DNA from: Opitutia bacterium
Lineage (GTDB): Bacteria > Verrucomicrobiota > Verrucomicrobiia > Opitutales > T3Sed10-336
Length of the DNA stretch: 64,000 nucleotides
Direction of reading: 5' to 3'
Assembly: GCA_050506795.1 (NCBI GenBank)
Contig: JBJHCF010000005.1
Location: 1-64,000, forward strand
The notes below the pieces were generated by a model, which had not been told where the DNA came from, did no database searches, and worked only from the letters and a program-made list of their open reading frames with translations. A program made the translations under genes and the position numbers. Numbering within the stretch: the first letter of the stretch is position 1; every line of letters starts with the position of its first letter. Below, one piece after another: positions 40,087 through 49,496 of the stretch.

Positions 40087-43000
40087 TCAGGCGGTCCGGC
40101 CGGTGATGAGGCGTTTCAATCGTTCCGAAAAGGAGCTCACCACAAGGTAGAGCGAAGGAACTACCAGCAGTGTCAGAAACATGGATACCATCAGGCCGCC
40201 GATGACCGCCAGGGCCAGGGGGCGCATGATTTCGGCGCCCGATCCCAAGCCTATGGCCAGGGGTGTCATCCCCAGTACCGTCGTGGCCGTGGTCATGAGG
40301 ATCGGACGAAGCCGGATGGCTCCGGCCCGGACGATTGCCCGGCTGGGCGTGAGGCCTTCACGGCGTCCGATTTCAATGTATTCCACCAGGAGAATGGCAT
40401 TGTTGACCACGATTCCCACCAGCAGAATTACTCCAATAAGAACCGGGGCCGACATCGGGGTTCCGGTGATCCAGAGAATGAGGCTGACCCCGATGAGCGC
40501 AAGCGGCGCCGTGGTGAGAATGATCAGGGGATTGCTCAGGCGTTCGTACTGTACCGCGAGCACCACGAAGACCAGGAACAATGAAAGTGCGATGACCACG
40601 GACAGTTCCTGACGGGTTTCTTCGATGGTCTCCCACTGCCCGCCGAAAATCATGCTGTACTGCTCGGGAATCTCCAGGTCGGCCAACCGGGCCTGGACCT
40701 GGGACATGATGGTCCCGACATCGGAGACGCGGGTGTTGATGTCCCCATTCACTCGCACCGCGCGATTCTGATTTTCGCGCACGATGTGGGCCGGACCTTC
40801 GCCCAACTCGAATGCGGCGATATCACGCAAGAGGATGGGTTGGCCGTTTTGACGAAAGAGCAGCAGTTCTCCCAGCGTTTCCGAATCAGTGGCGGCTTCC
40901 CGGGGTAGCCGGACCCGCACGTCGTATTGCTCGTTGGCGGTGCGGAAATGAGTCGGTACGGCGCCGTCGACCGCCGTCCGGATGGCCTCGCCCACCTCGG
41001 AAACCCGCAGTCCCATGCTGGCCGCGCGGTTGCGATCGACTCGAATCCGGAGAATGGGGCTTTGGTCTTCGCGTCCGATTTCCACCCCTTCCAGCCCTTC
41101 GATGCCTTGGAGGCGGGAGATGACTTCGCTGCCCAGGGCATGCAGGCGTTCCAGCTCTTCGCCGATGATGCTGATGGACAGGTCGGCGCCGCCCCCGAAA
41201 TGCAATCCGGGAATGCTGGGTGGCCGGACGCTGATGCGAGCTCCTGGCAGATCAAGGGCGTCCAGGCGTTCCTGGGCTTCGTTTACCCACGCTCCGGCGG
41301 GCATGTTCGGACGCCGCGAGGCCGCGGTAAGTTGAACGCGGAGGTTGGCCGTGCCCGGGCGTTCGTTGACCACTCCGCCGCCGAGATGTCCGCCGACGAA
41401 AGTAAACAGGCGGTCGACGTGATCCATCTCCCGCAGGGCCTCTTCGATTTGCCGGGCGGCGGCGTTGGTTTCGTGCGGCGGGGTGCCCGGCGGAAGCACC
41501 ATACGAACGCCGACGTTGCCGTCGTCGACTTCGGGAAGGAATTCGTCTCCAAGTTGCGAATACAGGTAAACGCCCCCCGCCATGGCGGCCACCGCTCCGG
41601 CCAGCACCGCCCAGCGGGCTCGCAGGACGCGGGGCAGAATGCGGCGGTAGCGCCGTCGCAGGGCTTCGATCATGGCGTTGAAAGCCCGCAGAGGTGCGGT
41701 GCGGTCCAGCTTGCTGCTGAAAGCCACCTGACTCGACAGGGCGGCCAGCATGGGGACCAGGGTCAGGGCCGCCGCCAGGGTGGCGATAATGGCGAAGGAA
41801 ATGGTCAGGATGAGTTCGCGGAACACCATGGCCGCCAGGCCGCTGATCAACAGAAAGGGCGCCACCGCCGCCAGATTGGTGAGGGTGCCCGCGACGATTG
41901 CCGAAGTCACTTCGCGAGCCCCTTCGTGGGCCGCGTTTTCGGGGGATTTGCCCAGCCGCTCGCGGTGCCGGTAGATGTTTTCCAGCATCACGATGGCGTT
42001 GTCCAGGAGCAGCCCGACGCCCAGGGCGAGCCCGCCGAGACTAATGACGTTCAGCGTGAGTTCTCCCAGCCCCATCATGGCGAAGGTGGCCATGATGGCG
42101 ATGGGCAGGGAGAGCCCGATGACAAAGCTCTTGCGAAGGCTGCCGAGAAACAGGAACACCACCGCCATCGCCAAAGCGCCGCCGATCAAAGCCGCCGTGC
42201 TGACACTGGCGATAGCGCCGCGAATAAAAAAAGCCGGATCGCCGATGGCGTGGTACTCGATGTCCTCGGGAATGAACCCGGAACTTTCCAGTCGCTCCAT
42301 GGTCGCGTTGACCGCGTCCACCACCTGCACCGTGTTGGCCTGCGGCAGTTTGAAAACCGAGACTTGTGTTGCCGGCCTGCCGTCCATGCGCACGTGCAGC
42401 CGTTGCTCCCGGTAGCCGTCGCGCACTTCGGCGATCTCAGAAAGGCGAACGCGGTGTTCGTTGTTCCCCGGGAGGTCGAGAGTGACCGCCCGGATGTCGT
42501 CCACCGATTCAAAGATGCCGTCGGTAGTCGCCATCACATCGAATGTTTCGGAGGTCACCCAGCCGGAGGCGATGTCCACGTTCTCCTTTCCCAGTGCCTC
42601 GATCACTTCGGTCATGGTGAGGCCGTAGGACCGCAGCCGGTGCTGGTCCACCACCACTTCCATTTCCCGCTGCAGGCCGCCGGCCGCTTCCACTCCGGAG
42701 ACGCCGTGCAGGGCCACCAGTTGCGGAGTCAGTTGGTTTTGCACCCAGTCCCGCACCTCCACTTCCGTGCGGATGCTGGAGCGGAAGCCAGCTTGCCAGA
42801 TCGGGTCCTGGGCCGGATCGAATTTGTACAGGCGCAGGGATTCGATATCGGGGGGAAGCTGCGTGCGCGCCAACTCCAGGTGGCGCGAGGCGTCCTGTAA
42901 CGCCAGATCGATGTTGGTGCCGTGCCGGAAATGGAGGTTGACATTGGTGCGGCCCTGGGAGGCGCGGCTATCGATGTCGATCAGATTTTCCGTGGCCGCC

Positions 43001-43239
43001 AGATTGCGCTCCAGAACCCGAGTGACCTGTTCCTCCATGATTTCCGGCGCCGTGCCCGGGTAGTTCGCGGTGACGCGGATCTGGGGTTGGACGATATCCG
43101 GAAGCAGGTCGATGGGAAGCCGGTCGATGAAAAAAAGGCCTCCGACGAACACCACCGAGGCGATGGCGAGGGTTCCGATCGGATGAGCGATGCTGTGGCT
43201 GGTCAAGCCACCGCGGTCGCGGTTGTGGGAGGAGTCCAT
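40087..43239 (-). CDS. RND efflux permease (AcrB/MdtB-like)
   Basis: 1050 aa; GLLLDNAIVMLENI, GIVVNNAI, RLRPILMT. Confidence 0.95.
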   Translation of the reverse strand: MDSSHNRDRGGLTSHSIAHPIGTLAIASVVFVGGLFFIDRLPIDLLPDIVQPQIRVTANYPGTAPEIMEEQVTRVLERNLAATENLIDIDSRASQGRTNVNLHFRHGTNIDLALQDASRHLELARTQLPPDIESLRLYKFDPAQDPIWQAGFRSSIRTEVEVRDWVQNQLTPQLVALHGVSGVEAAGGLQREMEVVVDQHRLRSYGLTMTEVIEALGKENVDIASGWVTSETFDVMATTDGIFESVDDIRAVTLDLPGNNEHRVRLSEIAEVRDGYREQRLHVRMDGRPATQVSVFKLPQANTVQVVDAVNATMERLESSGFIPEDIEYHAIGDPAFFIRGAIASVSTAALIGGALAMAVVFLFLGSLRKSFVIGLSLPIAIMATFAMMGLGELTLNVISLGGLALGVGLLLDNAIVMLENIYRHRERLGKSPENAAHEGAREVTSAIVAGTLTNLAAVAPFLLISGLAAMVFRELILTISFAIIATLAAALTLVPMLAALSSQVAFSSKLDRTAPLRAFNAMIEALRRRYRRILPRVLRARWAVLAGAVAAMAGGVYLYSQLGDEFLPEVDDGNVGVRMVLPPGTPPHETNAAARQIEEALREMDHVDRLFTFVGGHLGGGVVNERPGTANLRVQLTAASRRPNMPAGAWVNEAQERLDALDLPGARISVRPPSIPGLHFGGGADLSISIIGEELERLHALGSEVISRLQGIEGLEGVEIGREDQSPILRIRVDRNRAASMGLRVSEVGEAIRTAVDGAVPTHFRTANEQYDVRVRLPREAATDSETLGELLLFRQNGQPILLRDIAAFELGEGPAHIVRENQNRAVRVNGDINTRVSDVGTIMSQVQARLADLEIPEQYSMIFGGQWETIEETRQELSVVIALSLFLVFVVLAVQYERLSNPLIILTTAPLALIGVSLILWITGTPMSAPVLIGVILLVGIVVNNAILLVEYIEIGRREGLTPSRAIVRAGAIRLRPILMTTATTVLGMTPLAIGLGSGAEIMRPLALAVIGGLMVSMFLTLLVVPSLYLVVSSFSERLKRLITGRTA

Positions 43240-43247
43240 CGTGGTTC

Positions 43248-44336
43248 CTATCCCCTCCAGCCCACGATCCGGACCGGATCACCGTCGTTCATGTCGATAG
43301 GATTGGTGGCCAGAACGATGTCTCCGGCTTCCAGTCCGGAAAGCACCTCCGTCCATGGCCCGCGGGTCACGCCGCGTTCGATGGTGCGGTGGTGCAGGCG
43401 GTCGTCGCGGATGAGGTACACGTAATGGCGGTCGCCGTCCTCGCCGATCGCCGAGGAGGGCACTGCGATGGCGTCCGGGCGCTCCTCGATAACGAGCCTG
43501 ATACGGGAGAGGTAACCCGGACGAACCCCTTGCTCCGCCGATACAGAGGGCAGGGCGATTTCCACCGTGACCAGCCGGCTGTTCGCTTCGGCTTGGGGAA
43601 AGATTCGACTTACCGTTCCGGAGAGATCGAGATCGGGAAGGGCGTCGACGGAGACCGGCACCTTCTGGCCCGATTGAATATGCACGACATCCCGTTCCGA
43701 GATCCCTGGCCGGATGACCAGCTGATCCAGGGTGATGAGTTCGAACAGGAGCTCGCGCGCCTCCACCGTTTCTCCGGACTCGACATGCCGCGCGGATACC
43801 ACCGCATCGCGGGGAGCGGTCACGGTTCCGAACGCCAGGCGGGCCTCCCGGAGTTTACGTTCGCTCTCGGCCACCAGGAGTTCGGTTTTTCGACGCTGGT
43901 ATTCCGATGGGCTGACCAGACGGTTTTCTTGCAGGTCCGCCGCGCGCCGGTATTCCTGCAGAGCTTCCTCTTCGCTCGCTTTGGCCCGCGCCAGTTCGGC
44001 TTCCATTTCCGTCGTGTCCAGGCGGGCCAGGACCTGCCCGGCTTTCACCGCATCGCCTTCCTCGAAGTTCACCGATTCCACCGTACCCGCGGTGCGGGCC
44101 GCCAGTCGGATGGTGAAGCGAGGGCGAACGGTTGCGGAGGTGACGAGTTCGCGGGAGAGGTCGCGCCGGACGATTTCCACGGCGGCTACCGGCGTCCCGG
44201 CATTCGCCGCGGAGTTGTCGGGTTCTTCGGTCGCCGGTCCGCATCCGATCAGCAACCCGAACAAAGCGAGGATCAGCCAGGAGCGGGCGAAAAGACGAGA
44301 CCTCGGGCTTTTCGCATTCTGGGTCGGTGCGGTCAT
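43248..44336 (-). CDS. RND periplasmic adaptor (MFP) lipoprotein
   Basis: LLIGC lipobox; G.V..V.FEEGD.VKAGQVLARLD; VTAP; AVPSSAI. Confidence 0.9.
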   Translation of the reverse strand: MTAPTQNAKSPRSRLFARSWLILALFGLLIGCGPATEEPDNSAANAGTPVAAVEIVRRDLSRELVTSATVRPRFTIRLAARTAGTVESVNFEEGDAVKAGQVLARLDTTEMEAELARAKASEEEALQEYRRAADLQENRLVSPSEYQRRKTELLVAESERKLREARLAFGTVTAPRDAVVSARHVESGETVEARELLFELITLDQLVIRPGISERDVVHIQSGQKVPVSVDALPDLDLSGTVSRIFPQAEANSRLVTVEIALPSVSAEQGVRPGYLSRIRLVIEERPDAIAVPSSAIGEDGDRHYVYLIRDDRLHHRTIERGVTRGPWTEVLSGLEAGDIVLATNPIDMNDGDPVRIVGWRG

Positions 44337-44416
44337 GTCAGGTCGATCGGAGATATCGCAACCTGCCTGACATTTTCCGAAGCGCAAACCACTGAGCCGG
44401 TTTCCCCCGATCCCGA

Positions 44417-45400
44417 TCAGCGACTCCAATCGAGCATCCGCTTGATCGGAGTGTAAGCCGCCTGGCGGACATCTTCCGGGAGGTTGATCTCCGGGCTCAG
44501 GTTCTTCAACGCGTCGCGAACCTTTTCGATGGTGTTCATTTTCATGAACCGGCATTCGTTGCAGGCGCAGTTTTCGGTGGGCCCCGCGATGAAGGTTTTT
44601 TCCGGTACCTCGCGGTGCAGGCGGTGCAGCATGCCGGCTTCCGTGATGACGATGAACCTCTCGGCTGGGTGGTTCTTGGCGAACCCCACCATTTTTTCGG
44701 TGCTGCACACCTCGTCCGCCAGGTCGCGCACCGCTTCCGTGCACTCCGGGTGGGCGACGATCGGGGCGTCGGGAAATTGGGCCTTGAGTTTTTCCAGGGC
44801 GCGCACGGTGAAGAGAATGTGGACGTAGCAGCTTCCCGGCCACAGACGCATCTTGCGGCCGGTCTGGGCCGCCACCCACTGACCGAGATTCTGGTCTGGT
44901 ACAAAGAGCACCGGCCGGTCCTCGGGAATGTTCTCCACGATGCGCACCGCGTTTCCACTGGTGCAGATCACGTCACTCAGCGCCTTCACCCCGGCCGAGC
45001 AATTGATGTAGGCCACCACGTAGACGTCCGGGTTCTGTTCCTTGTAGGCCGCCAGGCGTTCCGGGGGACAGGAATCGGAAAGGGAGCACCCGGCTTCGAG
45101 GTCCGGCAGCAGAACTTTTTTGCCCGGATTCACGATCTTGGCGGTTTCCGCCATGAAGTGCACGCCGCAGAAGAGGATCACCTCGGCGTCGGTTTCCGCC
45201 GCCTTGTAGGCCAGTCCCAGCGAGTCGCCCACGTAATCGGCGATCCGTTGAATCGGGTCGACCTGGTAGTTGTGTGCCAGGATAATGGCGTTGCGCTCCT
45301 TCTTCAGTTGCAGAATCTCTTCCTGCACCGGGCTGAGCGGCTCCTCGCTGCCCCGGGAAGGTTCGATTATGACCGGTTCGTAATCCAATAGTTCAGGCAT
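44417..45400 (-). CDS. nadA: Quinolinate synthase
   Basis: ILAHNYQ, CGVHFMAE, GCSL, YINCS, AHPEC, C..MK. Confidence 0.97.
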   Translation of the reverse strand: MPELLDYEPVIIEPSRGSEEPLSPVQEEILQLKKERNAIILAHNYQVDPIQRIADYVGDSLGLAYKAAETDAEVILFCGVHFMAETAKIVNPGKKVLLPDLEAGCSLSDSCPPERLAAYKEQNPDVYVVAYINCSAGVKALSDVICTSGNAVRIVENIPEDRPVLFVPDQNLGQWVAAQTGRKMRLWPGSCYVHILFTVRALEKLKAQFPDAPIVAHPECTEAVRDLADEVCSTEKMVGFAKNHPAERFIVITEAGMLHRLHREVPEKTFIAGPTENCACNECRFMKMNTIEKVRDALKNLSPEINLPEDVRQAAYTPIKRMLDWSR

Positions 45401-45487
45401 GGTAAAGTGGTTCCCTTAAGGTAAATGAAAAAACAGCCGCTGCAACCGGCGCGCGGTGGCGAGTGTCGGCGGTTTCTTTTGCGCTGG

Positions 45488-45853
45488 TCAGCCCGAGGCG
45501 TCCATGGACGCGGCCAGGCTTCGGAAGGCGGGGAAGCGTTTCAGGTCGCTGAGGTCGGGGTCCTTGAGCATCCACTCGCGGTCGTTGTATCCGAGCTCGA
45601 TCGCCTTTTCCAGGGCTTTGATGGCGTCCCGGTTGCGCCGTTTCAGCGCCAGGCTGCACGCCAGGTTGTAGTGGGCGTTGGGGTTGTCCGGCTCGAGGCG
45701 GACCAGTTTCCGGTCCATCTTCAGGCCGTCATCAATCCGGCCCTGGCGGGTGTACAAACCTCCGAGAATCTCCACCACGTCGGCGTAGTCCGGGCAGCGC
45801 TTCAGAATCTTCTCGAAAAAGTCGGTTTCGAAACTGGGTTTGTCTTGGTCCAT
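45488..45853 (-). CDS. TPR-containing protein
   Basis: AHYNLACSLAL...ALEKAIELGY...DPDL. Confidence 0.85.
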   Translation of the reverse strand: MDQDKPSFETDFFEKILKRCPDYADVVEILGGLYTRQGRIDDGLKMDRKLVRLEPDNPNAHYNLACSLALKRRNRDAIKALEKAIELGYNDREWMLKDPDLSDLKRFPAFRSLAASMDASG

Positions 45854-45859
45854 GAAGAG

Positions 45860-46324
45860 TCAGGTGCGGTTTTTGCAGACGCCGGTATTCCTGTACTCCG
45901 TGCATTGCGCGCTGATTTGCAGGCGCTGGGAAACCGGCCTGAGGCCGAATTTTGAGGAGACGCTACTGCCGTACCACTCGAGGAACGGCGCGTCGATTTC
46001 GAAAATTTTGTCGCAGTCGATACAAACGATTTGCGCCTGCTCGTTGCCCTTTTCCGGGTTGGCCAGGTAGAACTTGAAGTCCTTGCCCACGTCGATTTCC
46101 CTCACCAGGCTGCTTTCGGTCAGAATGGGAAGCGTGCGGTACACCGTGGCGCGGGAAACGGAACTGTCGATGGCGCGCGCGCGCTCCAACAGCTCTTCCG
46201 CCGTAAAGTGGTTCTCGATTTGAAAGGCGGCCTCGAAAATCGCGAGCCTCTGATTGGTCACGCGAAGGTCGCGCTCTCCCAGGAAAGCGCGGAATTTTTC
46301 TCTGCACGCATCAATTTTCACCAA
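45860..46324 (-). CDS. fur: Fur-family transcriptional regulator
   Basis: [26 protein letters not shown]. Confidence 0.9.
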   Translation of the reverse strand: MVKIDACREKFRAFLGERDLRVTNQRLAIFEAAFQIENHFTAEELLERARAIDSSVSRATVYRTLPILTESSLVREIDVGKDFKFYLANPEKGNEQAQIVCIDCDKIFEIDAPFLEWYGSSVSSKFGLRPVSQRLQISAQCTEYRNTGVCKNRT

Positions 46325-46414
46325 ACAAGGCTTCTAGAGTTCCCTAGAACTGTCAACCTTCCATCCGCTCGCCCTGTTTCGGGGATTCCCGTCGGCGCGC
46401 CGTGCGGAGGTGGC

Positions 46415-46502
46415 ATCGAAATCGTTCTCGGCGCCAAAAATCCTGATATCGAGATTCTTATCGAAAATCGATTGCGATCCCGATTCCGATGGCGGTATCG
46501 AT
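46415..46502. repeat. ATCGNN / CGATNN hexamer tracts in inverted arrangement
   Basis: ATCGAA ATCGTT ... CGATTG CGATCC CGATTC CGATGG CGGTAT CGAT between fur and priA. Confidence 0.6.
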
Positions 46503-46537
46503 GTAGAGCTTTATTCAGCGCCATTCCGACCGACTTC

Positions 46538-48790
46538 ATGCCCGCCCAACGCGATAACGTCATCAGTGTGATTCCTTTCGCCGGATTCGAAAAGGAACTC
46601 GATTATCGCGTCCCCGATCGCTGGGGAGGGGAAATTCGGATCGGATCCCTGGTGCGCATCCCCATCCGCAATCGGCAGAGCCTGGGGGTGGTGGCGGCCT
46701 TGCAGGGCGAAAGCGGTATGGCGCCTTCCCGGTTGAAGCAGGTCACGCAGTTGATTCATGAGGAACCGGTCCTGACGAAGGAACTGGTGGCGTTGGCCCG
46801 CTGGATGCGCGATTATTACGCCGCCCCGGTGGAATCGATCATGGAGACCATGATTCCCGGGCCCGTGCGGCGCGGCATGAAGCCGAAGATGGAGAACTTC
46901 CTTTCCGTGGCGGGGAAGGTCTCGTCCGAGGATCTGGAGGAATTGCGCCGCAAAGCGCCGCGGCAGGCCGATTTGTACGAGTTCCTGGCCCAGCAATTCA
47001 AACCGCAAAAGAAAACGCTGGTTCTCAACCGGCTGGGGGTCGCCGCCGCCAGTTGTCGCGCTCTGGTGACTCGCGGTTGGGTCGCGGAGGAGCCGCGGAG
47101 ACTGGATCGCGAGGCTTACCGTGACGATCTCGGCGGCGGCGAAACGATTTCGGTCCTGCCCCCGGAATTGAATGCCGAGCAGGAAGCGGCCGCGGTCGCC
47201 ATGCTCGACTCGCTGCGTCAAAAGGCGTTTCGGGTCCACCTGCTACAGGGGGTCACCGGTTCGGGGAAGACGGAGGTGTATATCAAAGTGCTGCGGGAGG
47301 CGCTCGACGGTGGCGGCGGTGCAATCTTCCTGGTGCCCGAGGTGGCACTGGCGCCGCAGACCGTCGGCCGGTTGCGCGCGCGTTTGGAAAAAGAGAGCGG
47401 GGTGCGTACCGTCGTCTGGCACAGTCACCTTTCCGAGGGGGAGCGTTTTGATGCCTGGAACGCCGTGGTCACCGGTGAGGCGCGGCTCGTGGTGGGGGCG
47501 CGATCGGCGGTGTTCGCTCCGGTGCCCGATCTGCGGATGATCGTGGTCGATGAAGAGCACGAGCCGGCCTACAAGCAGGAGGAGGTGCCGCGCTACCACG
47601 GTCGCGACGTCGCCGTCTATCGGGCGTGGCTCAACGGGGCGCTCTGTGTGCTGGGTTCAGCCACCCCCTCCCTGGAATCCCTGCGCAATATCCAGGAGGG
47701 CAAGTACTCCTCCAACCGGCTCCTGAAGCGCGTCGACGATCGCCGCCTGCCCATGATCCACGTGGTGGATATGTGTCGCGAGATCCTGAGCAAGCGGGGC
47801 GCCTTCGGGTTGTCGCGTCCCCTGGTGGACAAGATGATCGACCGTTTCGAAAAACGGGAACAGACCATCCTCTTCATCAACCGGCGCGGTTTTTCCAGCA
47901 GTGTGCTTTGTCCGGACTGCGGACATGTGCTGGAGTGTGAGCATTGCAGCATTTCGCTCACCTACCACCGAAGCGATGAAACGGTTAAATGTCACCTGTG
48001 CGGGCACCAGCGACCCGCCCCGAAGAAATGCCCCTCCTGCCGGTCGGTGAAAATTCGCTGGAAGGGATTCGGGACCCAGCGGGTGGAGGAGGCCGTGCGC
48101 AAGGTCCTGCCCAAAGCGAGTATTGAGAGAATGGATACCGACGCGATGGCAAAACGAAACCGTTTCCGGGAGATCCTGCGCGATTTCCGTCTGGGGAAAA
48201 TCGACGTCCTGGTGGGAACCCAGATGATCGCCAAGGGACTCGACTTTCCCAATGTGACCCTGGTGGGACTGGTCGATGCGGACCTTTCCCTCCATGTTCC
48301 GGATTTTCGCGCCCACGAAAGGACGTTTCAGTTGCTGGTGCAGGTGAGCGGCCGGTCCGGGCGGGGCGACCGGGCGGGGGAGGTGGTCGTGCAGACGTTT
48401 ACCCCGCAAGCCGGCACCATTCAGTACGCCCGGCGTGAAGACTTCGACGGGTTTATCGAGGAGGAGATGGAGTCGCGGCGTTCGTTCCAGTATCCGCCTT
48501 TTCGTCACTTGATCCACCACCTCTTTCACGGATCCAACCCGGAAAAGCTCGAATTTTACACCGAACGCTGGGTCAGGCACCTGGAGGAGAAACTCTCTGG
48601 AAACATCGAGATCCGCGGTCCCTGTCCGTCGCCGCTGGAAAAGGTGAAGGACCGCTACCGCTACCAGGTGTGGTACTTCACCCACAATGTCACCCGGCTG
48701 GTCCCCAAGCTGCAACAGCTTCGCCGTGAATTCCCCTGGCCGGACGACGTCGTCCAGGTGCTGGACGTGGACGCCGTGAACCTGACGTAG
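46538..48790 (+). CDS. priA: Primosomal protein N' (replication restart helicase)
   Basis: GVTGSGKTEVY, DEEH, SATPS, four CxxC, GTQMIAKGLDF. Confidence 0.97.
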   Translation: MPAQRDNVISVIPFAGFEKELDYRVPDRWGGEIRIGSLVRIPIRNRQSLGVVAALQGESGMAPSRLKQVTQLIHEEPVLTKELVALARWMRDYYAAPVESIMETMIPGPVRRGMKPKMENFLSVAGKVSSEDLEELRRKAPRQADLYEFLAQQFKPQKKTLVLNRLGVAAASCRALVTRGWVAEEPRRLDREAYRDDLGGGETISVLPPELNAEQEAAAVAMLDSLRQKAFRVHLLQGVTGSGKTEVYIKVLREALDGGGGAIFLVPEVALAPQTVGRLRARLEKESGVRTVVWHSHLSEGERFDAWNAVVTGEARLVVGARSAVFAPVPDLRMIVVDEEHEPAYKQEEVPRYHGRDVAVYRAWLNGALCVLGSATPSLESLRNIQEGKYSSNRLLKRVDDRRLPMIHVVDMCREILSKRGAFGLSRPLVDKMIDRFEKREQTILFINRRGFSSSVLCPDCGHVLECEHCSISLTYHRSDETVKCHLCGHQRPAPKKCPSCRSVKIRWKGFGTQRVEEAVRKVLPKASIERMDTDAMAKRNRFREILRDFRLGKIDVLVGTQMIAKGLDFPNVTLVGLVDADLSLHVPDFRAHERTFQLLVQVSGRSGRGDRAGEVVVQTFTPQAGTIQYARREDFDGFIEEEMESRRSFQYPPFRHLIHHLFHGSNPEKLEFYTERWVRHLEEKLSGNIEIRGPCPSPLEKVKDRYRYQVWYFTHNVTRLVPKLQQLRREFPWPDDVVQVLDVDAVNLT

Positions 48791-48834
48791 ATATCCCGCG
48801 AATGTTTTCTTCGCTATCGCGTCCTTTGTTGTTT

Positions 48835-48928
48835 GCCCACGAAACACACGAAAGGGAGAAGGAGAGCAGGGCTCGCTCAGTAGACGATCGGCGGCCTATT
48901 TTTCGTGTGTTTAGTGTGTTTCGTGGGC
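48835..48928. repeat. Inverted-repeat element built from 9-mer units
   Basis: GCCCACGAAACACACGAAA ... TTTCGTGTGTTTAGTGTGTTTCGTGGGC (19-bp IR, 1 mismatch). Confidence 0.8.
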
Positions 48929-48959
48929 TATACTTTCCGGGAAAGGTCCAGGGCGTGAG

Positions 48960-49213
48960 GAAGTCAGGCTGGGCGCGACGGGAAGCCGTCAGGTGTTTTG
49001 GATTCCTGAGAGGTGCCATGAAGCGTAGACCCCAGGTGGCCGGAACTTCGGGCAGCGGTGACCGTCCCGGCAAGGCGCTATGAAGGGCGGCTCGAAGCAG
49101 ACCCAAAGCCGTGTAAACTGACCGAAAAGATTGAACCTTCCCTGATGAAAAAAAGCGGAACAGAAACAAGTAGAATGAGCAGACCGTTAAGCTTTAATTT
49201 AAGGGCTGACCCC
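48960..49213 (+). pseudogene. Degenerate 3' remnant of a Y1/RAYT-like transposase ending at GGGCTGACCCC
   Basis: Fragments GWARREAVRCFG and AAVTVPARRYEGRLEADPKPCKLTEKIE resemble the C-terminal helical tail of RAYT-type transposases (recognised from memory); ends in the shared terminus. Confidence 0.4.
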
Positions 49214-49496
49214 GGCGTGTTCACGCCTTGAAATGCTCCTTTTTTTTGTGTATTGTTTTTTGTTCAAACCACTTATAACCCGCATGAAAAGGGCACTTCA
49301 AGTATTTCCCCCATCTGATCCTGAGATCTCTACGCTTGTTTGAGGTTTAGCTTGGCGGTTCAGGGGGCCTTTGAAACGGCTATTGTGGAACTTTACGGCA
49401 CCTCAAAAATCGCGAAAGGCCTTGCGGGCACCACGCTCCTCGCGTCTTTTCGGAATGATCGATCCCTAATAATGTCGAGGAACTGTTGGTTTGGCA